Assembly (NCBI GenBank): GCA_028718125.1
Contig: JAQUMN010000006.1
Location: 51,806-115,805 of the forward strand
Direction of reading: 5' to 3'
Source: Kiritimatiellia bacterium
GTDB taxonomy: Bacteria; Verrucomicrobiota; Kiritimatiellia; JAAZAB01
Length of the DNA: 64,000 nucleotides
This document shows positions 26,267-38,211 of the stretch, one piece after another. The notes below the pieces were generated by a model. The model worked only from the letters and a program-made list of their open reading frames with translations. It searched no databases and was not told the DNA's origin. Position 1 is the first letter of the stretch. Every line of letters begins with the position of its first letter. The position numbers were made by a program, and so were the translations under genes.

Positions 26267-27667
26267 ATGCTGAAACACCATGCATACCGCAGTCTGAGAT
26301 TCGGCCTGTGGCTGGGCGTTCTGCTGGGTGTCCAGTCGGCTTATGCCTCTGCCACCTATTACGCGGACTGCAACCGGCCGGATGATGGCGGCGACGGCAA
26401 GAGCTGGGCCGCCGCCAAGCAGACCATCCAGGCGGCGGTGGACCTGGCCGTGGCCAGCGACCTGGTGCTCGTCACCAACGGGGTCTATGATAAAGGGGGA
26501 AAGGCCGATCCCTCGACCTCCTTGTCAACCAATCGCGTGTTTAGCCCGCGCACCATCACGATCCGAGCCATGAGCACAAACCCGGCCGATACTGTCATTG
26601 TCGGCGCGCCCGACGGCGGCACCGGCGGATGCGGGCCGGCAGCAATCCGGGGATATAAGGGGATACTATACAGCGGCGCAAGCTACCTGATAGGGTTCAC
26701 GATCACGAATGGATACACGATCGCTTCCAGCAGTGGCGGAGGCACCGACTATAAGGATCTATACGGCGGCGGCGCTCACGGCGGCATTCTGAGCAACTGC
26801 GTGATCGTCGGCAACAGGGCTCAAACCACGGGGGGAGGCATGGCCTACGGTTCGGTGTACAACTCCATTATCATAAACAACACCGCCTCCAGCGGCGGCG
26901 GCGTGGGGGTAAGCGCGTTTTGTTATTACTGTGTGATCAGCAACAACACCGCCACCGGTTCCGGGGGCGCGCTTTATAATGGGGTCAATGCCTACAACTG
27001 CCAGATTGTCAATAACATGGCGGGAGCTGGAGGCGCCATGCAATCGGCCGGCCTTGCCAGCAACTGCGTGATTCGCGGCAACACGGCCACGGGGAACGGG
27101 GGATGCGCCGAGAGCAGTGTCGGGCAGAAATTCTATAACTGCCTGATTGTCGAGAACCAGGCCAAACGCGGCGGAGCGGCCTACACTCGGTGGATATCCG
27201 GGGCGGCGTCGGAGTTTACAACGTTCGTCAACTGCACGGTGGTCAGCAACTGGGCGACGGAATCGGGCTATTACGGAGGAATTGAAGGACGTAATGGCGC
27301 CACGGGGCCTTACTGGGTGACAAACTGCATTATCCGGTTCAACTACAACACGACCGGCGGCGTGGAGAGCAATTACCATTTCTCGACGGACTCTTCGGTG
27401 GCTAATTCCTGCCTCTGGCCGGATATCACCGGCCAGGCGTTCGACAAGGGCGGGAATATCGGCGACGATCCGTGTCTGGTCGGGACGGGGGATTACCAGT
27501 CGCGCTATCAATTGACGGGAAACTCGCGGTGCATTAACGCCGGGTTAAACCTGTTCTGGGATGCTTCCTCCAAAGACCTGATTGGCCGCAGACGCATTAT
27601 CAGCGGCATCGTGGACATGGGCGCCTACGAGTTCCTGGCCCGCGTTACCATCATTACGGGGCATTGA
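26267..27667 (+). CDS. Secreted right-handed parallel beta-helix protein (Pmp-like GGx/NN repeats; choice-of-anchor-Q-like C-terminus)
   Basis: The ATG at 26267 has an AGGGAGG SD. Signal-like N-terminus ...GVQSAYA/SA. Repeated N(N/C).(A/I)...GGG(A/M) turns. The C-terminal VDMGAYEF resembles the DxGAYE motif. Confidence 0.65.
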   Translation: MLKHHAYRSLRFGLWLGVLLGVQSAYASATYYADCNRPDDGGDGKSWAAAKQTIQAAVDLAVASDLVLVTNGVYDKGGKADPSTSLSTNRVFSPRTITIRAMSTNPADTVIVGAPDGGTGGCGPAAIRGYKGILYSGASYLIGFTITNGYTIASSSGGGTDYKDLYGGGAHGGILSNCVIVGNRAQTTGGGMAYGSVYNSIIINNTASSGGGVGVSAFCYYCVISNNTATGSGGALYNGVNAYNCQIVNNMAGAGGAMQSAGLASNCVIRGNTATGNGGCAESSVGQKFYNCLIVENQAKRGGAAYTRWISGAASEFTTFVNCTVVSNWATESGYYGGIEGRNGATGPYWVTNCIIRFNYNTTGGVESNYHFSTDSSVANSCLWPDITGQAFDKGGNIGDDPCLVGTGDYQSRYQLTGNSRCINAGLNLFWDASSKDLIGRRRIISGIVDMGAYEFLARVTIITGH

Positions 27668-27731
27668 AGCGGCACCAACCTTTGCCGGGGCGCAAGCGAT
27701 CCTGCAATAACAACAGAAAGGGATCGAGCGT

Positions 27732-29711
27732 ATGAAAATCCGGATCGTTGGCCGTCCTGGCCATGGGCAATCTCATTCTGTGAAATCGAAGTCTTGGCGC
27801 GCCATCAGCCGCTTCAAGCTCGTTCCGCTGGCTTTGAAGGACGTCACCTTTACCGGCGGTTTTTGGGCGGCGCGCATCGAAAACAACCGCCGCGTGACGC
27901 TGCCCGTCGAATACCGTCTCTGCAAGCAAACCGGGCGCATCGATGCCTGGAAGTTGAATTGGAAACCCGGCCAGCCGAACCCGCCCCACGAATACTGGGA
28001 CTCAGATGTTGCCAAGTGGATTGAGGCGGCAGCTTACAGCCTGGCAACGCACCCGGACAGCAAGGTGGAGTCGCGCGTGGACGGCGTGGTGGATTTGATG
28101 GCCAAGGCGCAAGCCAAGGACGGCTATCTCAACACGCATTTCCTGGCGGTCGCGCCCATGAAGCGCTGGACCGATCTGCGCGGTTCCCACGAGCTTTATT
28201 CCGCCGGGCATCTCATGGAAGCGGCGGTCGCCTATTATGCGGCCACCGGCAAGCGCAAGATGCTGGATGTCCTTTGCCGCTACGCCGACCACATCGATTC
28301 GGTTTTCGGGCGTGAGAAAGGCAAGAAGCGCGGCTATTGCGGCCACGAAGAGGTTGAACTCGCGCTTGTCAAGCTGTACCGCGCTACCGGCGAGCGGCGT
28401 TACCTGAAGCTGGCCAAATATTTCATCGATGAACGCGGCCGGCGGCCCAATCATTACTTCGACATCGAAGCGAAAGCACGCGGGGAAGATCCCCTCAAAT
28501 GGAATAGCGGACGATATGAGCGCTTTCAGGCCGATCAGCCCGTGCGCGCCCAGGCTAAGCTGGATGGCCACGCCGTGCGGGCACTCTACCTGTGCTGCGG
28601 GATGGCCGACGTGGCTGCGGAAACCGGAGACCGGATACTGCTCGCCGCCTGCAAACGTTTTTGGCGGAATGTAACCCGGCAGCGCATGTATATCACCGGC
28701 GGTGTGGGCAGCACCCATTCCGGCGAGCGGTTTACTTTCGATTACGACCTGCCAAACGAAAGCGCCTATGCTGAGACCTGCGCAAATATCGCGCTCGTGT
28801 TCTTTGCGCAGCGCATGCTGCAGATCGAAGCGGACGCCCGGTATGCCGACGTGATGGAGCGGGCCCTTTACAACGGGGTACTCAGCGGGATTTCTCTGGA
28901 TGGCAAGCGGTTTTTCTATGTCAATCCTCTGGCCCAGCATCCGGAATTATTCCATTATAGCCGGTGGGTGACGGAACGGCAGAAATGGTTCGACTGCGCA
29001 TGCTGTCCGCCGAACATCGCGCGGCTGCTCGCGGGGTTCGGTCAATACGTCTGTTCGCAGGGGCTGGGCGAGATTGCGGTCCATATTTATGCCCAGAGCT
29101 CGGCGCGCTTCGAAGTGGATGGCCAAACCGTGCAGTTGGAACAGAAAACGGAGTACCCCTGGGAAGAAACCGTACAAATCAAGCTGACCTTGCGTGCGCC
29201 GGCGGATTTTGTGCTGGCGTTACGGATACCCGGCTGGTGTCGTAATCCGCGAGTCACGATCAACGGGAAAACCTTGCATCTGCCGGCGATAACATGCAAG
29301 GGGTATGCGCGGATCCGGCGGAGTTGGAAAACCGGCGACCTGGTCGAGCTGACCTTGCCCATGCCAGTGGAACGGGTGGAGGCAAATCCCGCAGTGCGCA
29401 TGAACTGCGGGCGGGTGGCAATCCAGCGCGGACCTTTGGTATTTTGCCTGGAGGAAATCGACAATGACGCACATCTCAATGACATTCGTTTGTCCCGCAA
29501 TTCGCGGTTGACGGCCAAATATGAGCCGCGATTGCTGGGAGGCGCGGTGGTTATCACGGGGCAAGCGTTCCGGCGCAATCCCGAGGGTTGGAACGACCGG
29601 CTTTATCGCGCCGATCAATCCAAGACCAGGCCAGTCGCCATCAAGGCAATCCCGTATTTTTTATGGAACAACCGCAAACCGGGTGAAATGCTAGTGTGGA
29701 TCCGGGAGTAA
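27732..29711 (+). CDS. Glycoside hydrolase family 127 (beta-L-arabinofuranosidase-like, DUF1680)
   Basis: HELYSAGHLMEAAVAYY, YADVMERALYNGVLSGISLDG.RFFYVNPL and CACCPPNIARL (Cys cluster used for Zn/catalysis in GH127). Confidence 0.8.
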   Translation: MKIRIVGRPGHGQSHSVKSKSWRAISRFKLVPLALKDVTFTGGFWAARIENNRRVTLPVEYRLCKQTGRIDAWKLNWKPGQPNPPHEYWDSDVAKWIEAAAYSLATHPDSKVESRVDGVVDLMAKAQAKDGYLNTHFLAVAPMKRWTDLRGSHELYSAGHLMEAAVAYYAATGKRKMLDVLCRYADHIDSVFGREKGKKRGYCGHEEVELALVKLYRATGERRYLKLAKYFIDERGRRPNHYFDIEAKARGEDPLKWNSGRYERFQADQPVRAQAKLDGHAVRALYLCCGMADVAAETGDRILLAACKRFWRNVTRQRMYITGGVGSTHSGERFTFDYDLPNESAYAETCANIALVFFAQRMLQIEADARYADVMERALYNGVLSGISLDGKRFFYVNPLAQHPELFHYSRWVTERQKWFDCACCPPNIARLLAGFGQYVCSQGLGEIAVHIYAQSSARFEVDGQTVQLEQKTEYPWEETVQIKLTLRAPADFVLALRIPGWCRNPRVTINGKTLHLPAITCKGYARIRRSWKTGDLVELTLPMPVERVEANPAVRMNCGRVAIQRGPLVFCLEEIDNDAHLNDIRLSRNSRLTAKYEPRLLGGAVVITGQAFRRNPEGWNDRLYRADQSKTRPVAIKAIPYFLWNNRKPGEMLVWIRE

Positions 29712-29736
29712 ATTCGCGCAGAAAGGGTGCCGTCGA

Positions 29737-30570
29737 TTAAGGTGGGGACGGCGGCGCGGTTTGGCGTGCTCCCCTTTGCATGTTGCGGTAAATAGGCTGC
29801 GGAGACGTCAGGTCAATTACTTTGCGTATGTACTCCCCAAGCGCCTGTGCATCATCGTTGTTATATCCGAGTTGCAGGCCGAGGTTGACAAATTCCTGCG
29901 AACGCGCGGACTCCAGCAAGGGTCCCAGTTCGTGCCGGTCCTGGTGCAAGGTTTGCGCGACAATGCGGCGGTCGGATTCCGACAGATTGGCGCTGTGCAT
30001 CAGTTCGGTTAACCTGCAGGTTTCATCGAGCAACTGGGACATCCGCTGGTAGGCAGCCAGGCCTTCCTCGCTCAAGTTGGACAAATCGCGGTCGCGGAAG
30101 TATGTCGCTTGTTCCGCGACCGACATTTGCGCGGCTTGCCGAACCTGTTCGCGCTGGTTTGTAAAGGCTGCGTATTGCTGGGGATTGTTTTTTTTCAACT
30201 CATCCAGCCAAGATTGTCGGCGGCGCGGGGGGCGGGAGGTGTCCGCCGCGCGATTGGTCGCCGCCTGCTGAAGCGAAACGATAAGCGTATCTTTGTTCTG
30301 GAGTGCCGCTTCCAACTCGCGGATGCGGGCTTCCCGTTCGGCAAGCGCTTGTTCGTCGGCTCCGCTGCCGGACTGTTTCGATGCAGGCGCCGCAGGCACG
30401 GGGGCTGCTTGCTTAAGCGTTGCCTGGAGGGATTCCCGCGCCGGGCGCGCCTGTTTCTCGACCGCCGCCATCTGCTTACGGAAGTCATTCGCCTGGTATC
30501 GATAATAAGCCGCCATAACGGCGGACGCAATCAACCCAATCAGCAATATCATCCATGCCATGCGACCCAT
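29737..30570 (-). CDS. Hypothetical membrane-anchored coiled-coil protein
   Basis: One N-terminal TM segment (AWMILLIGLIASAVMAAYY) followed by Q/A/E/R-rich helical sequence. No motif recognised. Confidence 0.5.
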   Translation of the reverse strand: MGRMAWMILLIGLIASAVMAAYYRYQANDFRKQMAAVEKQARPARESLQATLKQAAPVPAAPASKQSGSGADEQALAEREARIRELEAALQNKDTLIVSLQQAATNRAADTSRPPRRRQSWLDELKKNNPQQYAAFTNQREQVRQAAQMSVAEQATYFRDRDLSNLSEEGLAAYQRMSQLLDETCRLTELMHSANLSESDRRIVAQTLHQDRHELGPLLESARSQEFVNLGLQLGYNNDDAQALGEYIRKVIDLTSPQPIYRNMQRGARQTAPPSPP

Positions 30571-31047
30571 GATCCAAGCTCCCGTCGTCTGCGGTTGCCA
30601 AAAAAAGCGAATACTGGACTCTCCGGATGTTAAACGTCATAAGCGCATTCAGCTTAACCGGGAGCCAGCTTTTGGTTTAAGTCGCCGGGACAGCGCCTCC
30701 GGTTACAATTAAATCTGATATTTTTTCATTCGACATCCCGTCTCTTGCGGGATAAATTCAGCGTTCGCTGTCAAACATAATAGCGCCTGCTCACCACTGA
30801 TTATCCTGCCTGGGGCGGGGCGAGCACGGAGGCTTGCCACGCTAAAGGCATGGGCACGGATAACAAAAAGAGCTGTAACTAATTTAATGCATAGGAATTT
30901 TCCGCCTTAGGCGGATTTATGGCATGACAAAGACGCGGCAGCAGACCTGCCCGCAGTGCTAACATAGCAGGCGGGGTGCCGCGGCTACAGGATGCATCGC
31001 AAAAAATGTAGCCACTCTGTTGGGGCGTCCGTTATCGTTGTTGTTAG

Positions 31048-32199
<1,152 letters not shown>

Positions 32200-32230
32200 G
32201 TCGCCGTAATTATTCGGAAATTTAAAGACA

Positions 32231-32394
32231 TTTTTCCGCTCCGGCGGATCCGCTCAGGCGGAACCACAGATATCACGGATAACACTGATTTCTGTCATTC
32301 CCATGAAAATGGGAATCCAGTCTCGAATTTTCTGGATTCTTGCTTCCGCGGGAAGGACAATTAATCGTCTTCATCCGTGCTATCCGTGTAATCT
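32231..32394. repeat. Composite intergenic repeat, copy A2
   Basis: See A1. It lies between tgt and yajC. The right arm continues as GTAATCTGTGGCGAGTA up to 32403. Confidence 0.8.
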
Positions 32395-32437
32395 GTGGCG
32401 AGTAGAAACTGAGAATCAACAAAAACAGGAGTAAATA

Positions 32438-32797
32438 ATGAACGTAATCAGTTCGTGGATGACAATCGGCATGGGTGGCGGATTGGGCGGCCAGGGAGGC
32501 CAGCAGTCGTCGCCGGTCATGATGATCGGCTGGCTGGTGATCATGGTGGGTCTGTTTTATTTCATGATGATCCGCCCCCAACAGCGCAAGGAAAAAGAGC
32601 GGCGCGCCCTGATTGCCGGTATCAAATCGGGCGATCGCGTGGTGTTCGGCGGGGGGCTCATCGGGACCGTGGCCAATGTCAAGGACACCGTGCTGGTAAT
32701 AAAAGTCGCCGACAACATGAAGTTGGATGTTCTGCGCGCCTCCGTGACGCGCGTAATTCAGAAGGATACGGATTTGGCCTCTGTTGCAAAGGAATAG
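32438..32797 (+). CDS. yajC: Preprotein translocase subunit YajC
   Basis: FYFMMIRPQQRKEKER...I..GD.V....GL.G.V. An AGGAG SD lies upstream. It sits between tgt and secDF. Confidence 0.9.
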   Translation: MNVISSWMTIGMGGGLGGQGGQQSSPVMMIGWLVIMVGLFYFMMIRPQQRKEKERRALIAGIKSGDRVVFGGGLIGTVANVKDTVLVIKVADNMKLDVLRASVTRVIQKDTDLASVAKE

Positions 32798-32803
32798 ACG
32801 ATT

Positions 32804-35329
32804 ATGGATAAACACGCGCTTTGGAAATGGCTGTTGTTGATTGCGCTGACGTCTTGGTCGCTGGCGCTGGTGGTTCCGTTCCGGCAAAAGGTAAAACTCG
32901 GGCTCGATCTCAAGGGCGGCACGAGTTTTACCGTGCAGATCAACGAAAGTGAAATCGAAAAGCAGATCCGCGAGGAGAACAAGGATAACAAGGATCTCAC
33001 GGACGTAAAGGTCCGTAGTTTGGTAAGTACCGCTGTTCAGCATGCCCAGGAGCAGGCGGTCGAAATCATCCGAAACCGCGTGGATGCCCTGGGCGTGGCC
33101 GAGCCGCTAATTTACCCCGAAAAGCACAACCGGATCGTCGTGCAGATCCCCGGGCTCAAGGAGGCGGACCGCAATCGCGCTGCCAAACTGATCCAGAGCG
33201 CGGCGTTCCTCGTGTTCAGCATCGTGCATGAGGATAACGACAAGTTAGTGAGCGCCCTGTTTGAAAAGGGTCTGGCGCCGGAGGGCTTCCAGATCGGGCC
33301 ATCCGCGAGCGGCGGACGCCAGCACGAGGTCTATCGGCGCGACAAGCAAAAAGTCACCGACGAGGCCATGACCAAAGAATTTCGTGACAGGATGGAAAGG
33401 TTCCAGGCCCCGCCGGGCTACCGGTTTCTGCTGGAAGAGCGCGAGGAAGAAGGCCAGAAAGTTTACACGCCTTACTTCGTAAAGCAACGTTACGAGCTGC
33501 GCGGCGATACTCTCAAGAACGCGGGAATCGAATACGATCAACTGGGTCAGCCCTATGTGACCCTGAAGTTCGACTCAAAAGGCTCACGCAAGTTTGCGCG
33601 CATTACGGCCGATTTGGCTCCGGGCGGCGCCAAGAACCCGAACCCGGAAGGCCGCCGCTACCTGGCGATCATCCTGGATGACCGGCTCTATTCGGCGCCT
33701 TACATTAAAACCGCAATCTACGGCGGCGAAGCGATCATCGAAGGTAATTTTACACTCAAGGACGCCCAGGACCTCTCAATTGTGCTCCGCGCCGGGTCTC
33801 TGCCCGCGCCGGTGCAGATCATCGAATCGCGTACCGTGGATCCTTCCCTGGGGCGCGACTCGATTGAAAGCGGCACCCGCGCCACGATTTACGCCTGCAT
33901 CCTGGTGGTGTTATTTATGGGCGTCTATTATATGGTCGGCGGCCTGGTGGCCAACATCGCGCTTTTATTCAACATCCTGTTACTGCCTTTGGGCATGATG
34001 ATCACGGCCGGGATCATGGGCCTTTTCACGGGCGCAACCGGAGCGCATATCGGCCTGCCTGTGTTGACTCTGCCGGGCATTGCCGGCATTGCATTGACCA
34101 TAGGTATGGCGGTGGACGCCAACGTCCTTATTTTTGAGCGCATCCGTGAGGAACAGTGGCTGGGCAAGCGGCTGGGGCCCGCCCTTGAGGCCGGCTATAC
34201 CAAGGCCTTCATCACCATCCTGGATTCCAACCTGACGACCGTGATGGCGGCCGTAATCCTTTTCATGCTGGGAACGGGAGCGGTGCGCGGGTTCGGCATA
34301 ACGCTTACCGCCGGCATCATGGTCAGCATGTATACAGCCCTGATTGTGACGCGCATGATCTTTAACGTCATCGTGTCACGCACGTCCATGCCGCAACTCA
34401 GAATGCTCTCCTTGATCAAGCCCACGAAAATAAATTTCATCGGCTGGCGCAAGGTGGCCATTACCATTTCCGTGGGCATCATCGTGCTGACCTGGGGATA
34501 CATGGTGGCGCGCGGCATGAAGAGCATGGGCAACCTCCTGGGCACGGATTTCACCGGCGGGTCCGCCGTGACCTTCCAGTTCTCCCAGAAACAGGGCGTC
34601 GAACAAATCCGCGATGCCCTCGCGGCCGTCGACATCACGGACGTGCAAATCCAATATCAGAAGGAAATGGACAAGAACGGGGAATATCTCCAGATCCGTT
34701 CCGCCTATGGCACGGGCGACAAAATCAAGGCAACGCTGTCAACCGGCTTCCCGGCAGCGGATTTCAAGGTCCTGAGCGAAGACATGGTGGGGCCGCAGAT
34801 CGGCAGGGAAATGACGACCAACGCCCTCAAGGCGATGCTATATTCATTCATCGGCATGATTATTTATATTGCCTGGCGATTCGAGTTCTCCTTTTCTCTT
34901 GGCGCAATCGTTGCGCTGATCCACGACATCATGATCAGCATAGGCATTTACTGCCTGTGCGGACGGCAAATCAACATGATCACCATAGCGGCTTTGCTTA
35001 CGATCATCGGCTATTCCATCAACGATACGATCGTCATTTACGACCGTATCCGCGAGAACATGCGCAAGTATCCCGGGCGGAACATTATGGAAGTCTGCAA
35101 CCTGAGCGTCAATGAGACGCTCAGCCGGACGATATTGACCGGGTCATCGGTCATCATGGCGGTGCTCATGCTGTTGATCTTCGGGGGCGGCGCCATTAAC
35201 GACTTCGCCTTTCTGTTCCTGGTGGGCACGTTCACCGGAACGTTTTCCTCGATCTATGTCGCCACGCCGATCATGCTGTTCCTGCGGAGCGTGTTTAAGA
35301 AGACGGAAGCGGGGGCGCCCGCGCGTTGA
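32804..35329 (+). CDS. secDF: Fused protein-export membrane protein SecDF
   Basis: 841 aa. SecD periplasmic domain plus 6 TM (LGIDLKGG-type start, ...DANVLIFERIREE), followed by a SecF half (...NDTIVIYDRIREN). Confidence 0.9.
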   Translation: MDKHALWKWLLLIALTSWSLALVVPFRQKVKLGLDLKGGTSFTVQINESEIEKQIREENKDNKDLTDVKVRSLVSTAVQHAQEQAVEIIRNRVDALGVAEPLIYPEKHNRIVVQIPGLKEADRNRAAKLIQSAAFLVFSIVHEDNDKLVSALFEKGLAPEGFQIGPSASGGRQHEVYRRDKQKVTDEAMTKEFRDRMERFQAPPGYRFLLEEREEEGQKVYTPYFVKQRYELRGDTLKNAGIEYDQLGQPYVTLKFDSKGSRKFARITADLAPGGAKNPNPEGRRYLAIILDDRLYSAPYIKTAIYGGEAIIEGNFTLKDAQDLSIVLRAGSLPAPVQIIESRTVDPSLGRDSIESGTRATIYACILVVLFMGVYYMVGGLVANIALLFNILLLPLGMMITAGIMGLFTGATGAHIGLPVLTLPGIAGIALTIGMAVDANVLIFERIREEQWLGKRLGPALEAGYTKAFITILDSNLTTVMAAVILFMLGTGAVRGFGITLTAGIMVSMYTALIVTRMIFNVIVSRTSMPQLRMLSLIKPTKINFIGWRKVAITISVGIIVLTWGYMVARGMKSMGNLLGTDFTGGSAVTFQFSQKQGVEQIRDALAAVDITDVQIQYQKEMDKNGEYLQIRSAYGTGDKIKATLSTGFPAADFKVLSEDMVGPQIGREMTTNALKAMLYSFIGMIIYIAWRFEFSFSLGAIVALIHDIMISIGIYCLCGRQINMITIAALLTIIGYSINDTIVIYDRIRENMRKYPGRNIMEVCNLSVNETLSRTILTGSSVIMAVLMLLIFGGGAINDFAFLFLVGTFTGTFSSIYVATPIMLFLRSVFKKTEAGAPAR

Positions 35330-37035
35330 AAGTCTGGAAGACCATTCCCTGTGATGGACCCCGGGCGATTCAAATAGCGGCTGCGCTCGATTTGCCTCTG
35401 CCCGTGGCGGAGATGCTGATGGGGCTTGGTTATCAGGACCTGGCCGATATCGAGCGATTTCTGAAGCCACGGCTGAGCGAACTCTCCGACCCGTTTTTAC
35501 TGCCCGACATGGAACCGGCTATCCGGCGGGTGCAACAGGCTATCCAGGCCAACGAATCCATCGTCGTCTATGGCGATTACGATGTGGATGGCATCGTCAG
35601 CACCGGGCTACTGGTGCAGGTTCTGCATCGCCTGCGCGCCCGTATGGTCACCCCGTGCCTTCCGAGCCGGCAGGAGGAGGGCTACGGTCTGAGCCTGGCG
35701 GCGCTCAAGCGCTGTATGGGGCAATGCCGTCCGACTCTGCTGATTACGGTGGATTGCGGAACCAACGATACGGAAGCTGTCCTCCTGGCGCAGAAGTCGG
35801 GCATTGACGTCATCATCACCGACCACCACGAAAACGGAGGTCAACCGGCCCCGGCGCTTGCCGTGGTCAATCCCAAGCTGGGACGGGAGGATAGCCTCAA
35901 AGTCCTGGCAGGCGTCGGCGTAGTGTTCAAGCTCTGTCACGGATTGCTTAAGTTGGGGCGTGACCAGGGCCTGAAAATTGCGCATAATCTCGATTTGCGC
36001 GAATACCTGGATTGGGTCGCGGTCGGAACGGTTGCGGATATTGTGCCGCTGACCGGCGAAAATCGGATTATGGTGCGGCATGGCCTGACCCGGATGAACC
36101 AGGCCCTGGCGCCCTGCTGGAAATCGCTGGTGGATGTCGCCGGCATCCGGGGCCCCATCAACGCCCAGCACATCGGCTACGGCCTGGGGCCGCGCCTCAA
36201 TGCCGCCGGCCGGCTGGGCAATGCGGACACGTCGTTGGAATTACTGCTTACCGACGACATGGCGCGAGCCCATGAAATCGCCATGGAACTGGACGGCGCC
36301 AACCGGGATCGCCAGAAGATCGAAGCTGGGATCGTGGCGGAGGCCATGCGTGAAATTGACGTTAATTTTGACGAGCAAGAGCATTATGGACTGGTGATTG
36401 CCAAAGCCGGCTGGCATGCGGGGGTCATCGGGATCGTGGCTTCCCGGCTGGTGACGCGTTACCGCCGGCCGGTTGTTGTCGTGGCATTTGATGAAAGCGG
36501 GGTAGGGCGGGGATCCTGCCGGAGTATTGAAGGCTATCATATCCTGAAGGGACTTGAGCGATGCCGGCAATATCTGGTAACCTACGGCGGCCATGAGATG
36601 GCGGCCGGTCTGGAAATTGACAGAGGCCGGTACGATGATTTCAGAATGGCCTTCAATGAAGTGGTCAAGAGCGAGCTCAAAGGGCGCGATCTGCGGCCGG
36701 TCCAGCGGATCAGCACCTGGATCGAGCTGGAACAGGTGAATGATGCGCTGTATGCGGCCATGGAAGCGCTCCGTCCGTTCGGGCAGAATAATCCTGTGCC
36801 CGTGCTGGCCGTGCGCGGCGTGCGCATTCAGGGTCAGCCTCGCCGGGTAGGGGTAAACCATCTGCGTTTTACGGTAGGCAACGGACGGACCAGCCGTTCA
36901 GCCATTGCCTTCCGTATGGCCGATGTCGCCATGCCGGAGGGGCCGGTTGACGTGGCGTTCACCTTTCAGAAGAATAACTTTATGGGCAACGAGACGCTGG
37001 AACTGAATGTGCAGGCTATTCGGAAGACGGCATGA
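35326..37035 (+). CDS. recJ: Single-stranded-DNA-specific exonuclease RecJ
   Basis: DHH-family motifs VYGDYDVDGI, TVDCG and ITDHH, plus a DHHA1 GGH.MAAG. Probable TTG start overlapping the secDF stop (TTGA). Confidence 0.9.
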   Translation: MKVWKTIPCDGPRAIQIAAALDLPLPVAEMLMGLGYQDLADIERFLKPRLSELSDPFLLPDMEPAIRRVQQAIQANESIVVYGDYDVDGIVSTGLLVQVLHRLRARMVTPCLPSRQEEGYGLSLAALKRCMGQCRPTLLITVDCGTNDTEAVLLAQKSGIDVIITDHHENGGQPAPALAVVNPKLGREDSLKVLAGVGVVFKLCHGLLKLGRDQGLKIAHNLDLREYLDWVAVGTVADIVPLTGENRIMVRHGLTRMNQALAPCWKSLVDVAGIRGPINAQHIGYGLGPRLNAAGRLGNADTSLELLLTDDMARAHEIAMELDGANRDRQKIEAGIVAEAMREIDVNFDEQEHYGLVIAKAGWHAGVIGIVASRLVTRYRRPVVVVAFDESGVGRGSCRSIEGYHILKGLERCRQYLVTYGGHEMAAGLEIDRGRYDDFRMAFNEVVKSELKGRDLRPVQRISTWIELEQVNDALYAAMEALRPFGQNNPVPVLAVRGVRIQGQPRRVGVNHLRFTVGNGRTSRSAIAFRMADVAMPEGPVDVAFTFQKNNFMGNETLELNVQAIRKTA

Positions 37036-37188
37036 AACAGAAAGAAGACAGAGGTCGGAATGATGAAAGCCGGCCTGGGCTCTGGTTGCCTGTGACACCG
37101 CCGGAAGCGGGTAAACATTTCGTTCTGAATTTTGTATTCTGTTTTTTCTACTGACGCCTGATCTCTGACTGCTGTTTAAGGTTTTCAC

Positions 37189-38211
37189 ATGATCATTCGA
37201 ACGCAAGCGCATCCGCGGGCGGGACTGATAGGTAATCCTTCGGACGGGTATTTCGGCAAGACGATCGCCTTTGTCTTCCGCAATTTCCGTGCCGAGGTCA
37301 TGCTGTACGAGACGCCGGAAATAGAAATCCTGCCCAATACCCGCGACCATTCCCGCTTTAAAGATATGCACCACCTGGTGGAAGATGTCCGCCTGTTTGG
37401 TTATTACGGCGGCATCCGACTTCTGAAGGCCACCATCAAGCGGTTTCACGATTATTGCCGGGACCATGGTTTCGCGCTGGAAACCCGCAATTTCAGCATC
37501 CGGTATGCCACGGACATTCCTTCCCAGGTCGGCCTGGCCGGGTCCAGCGCAATTATCACCGCCTGCCTGCGCGCCTTGATGCAGTTTTACGATGTGCGCA
37601 TTCCGAAGCCGATCCAGGCCAATCTGGTCCTGTCGGTTGAAAAGAACGAGCTGGGTATTTCCGCCGGCCTGCAGGATCGCGTGGCCCAGGTGTATGAGGG
37701 CCTGGTCTATATGGATTTCAACCGGGAACTCATGGCGCGCCAGGGCTGCGGCCGCTACGAGCCCTTGCCCCTGGAACTGCTGCCGCACCTTTATATTGCC
37801 TACCGCACAGACCTGTCCGAAAGTTCGGAAGTATTCCATAACGACATACGCAGCCGCTTCGAGCACGGGGAGCCGGACGTCATCGCGGCCATGGCATTCT
37901 GGGCGGATTTGACCGACCAGGTACGCGCGCTTCTGCTGAAGGGCGATGGCCGCGCGATCGGGCCGCTGCTGAACGCCAGTTTCGACCGGCGGTGCAAGAT
38001 ATACAAGCTCAGCGCCGGCAACATTGCCATGGTTGAAGCGGCCCGGTCGGCCGGTGCCAGCGCCAAGTTTTCAGGGTCCGGTGGCGCCATTGTGGGCACC
38101 TACGATGACGAGGCCATGTTCCAACATCTGGCGCGAACGCTGGGAGCAATCCAAGTTAAGATTTTCAAGCCGGATTTTTCACCTGCCAGGGAGGATGCCC
38201 ATGATTCGTAA
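37189..38211 (+). CDS. GHMP-family sugar-1-kinase, glucuronokinase-like
   Basis: [37 protein letters not shown] (GHMP motif II), [18 protein letters not shown] and AKFSGSGGA. From memory these blocks match plant glucuronokinase closely. Confidence 0.6.
   Translation: MIIRTQAHPRAGLIGNPSDGYFGKTIAFVFRNFRAEVMLYETPEIEILPNTRDHSRFKDMHHLVEDVRLFGYYGGIRLLKATIKRFHDYCRDHGFALETRNFSIRYATDIPSQVGLAGSSAIITACLRALMQFYDVRIPKPIQANLVLSVEKNELGISAGLQDRVAQVYEGLVYMDFNRELMARQGCGRYEPLPLELLPHLYIAYRTDLSESSEVFHNDIRSRFEHGEPDVIAAMAFWADLTDQVRALLLKGDGRAIGPLLNASFDRRCKIYKLSAGNIAMVEAARSAGASAKFSGSGGAIVGTYDDEAMFQHLARTLGAIQVKIFKPDFSPAREDAHDS

Noticed and set aside
28002-28940. 312-aa ORF antisense to the GH127 gene
   Set aside because: Shadow ORF. 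GH127 signature blocks are on the + strand.
36898-37866. 322-aa ORF antisense to the recJ 3' end and the GHMP kinase gene
   Set aside because: It spans an intergenic gap and two well-supported + strand genes, and it has no motifs.
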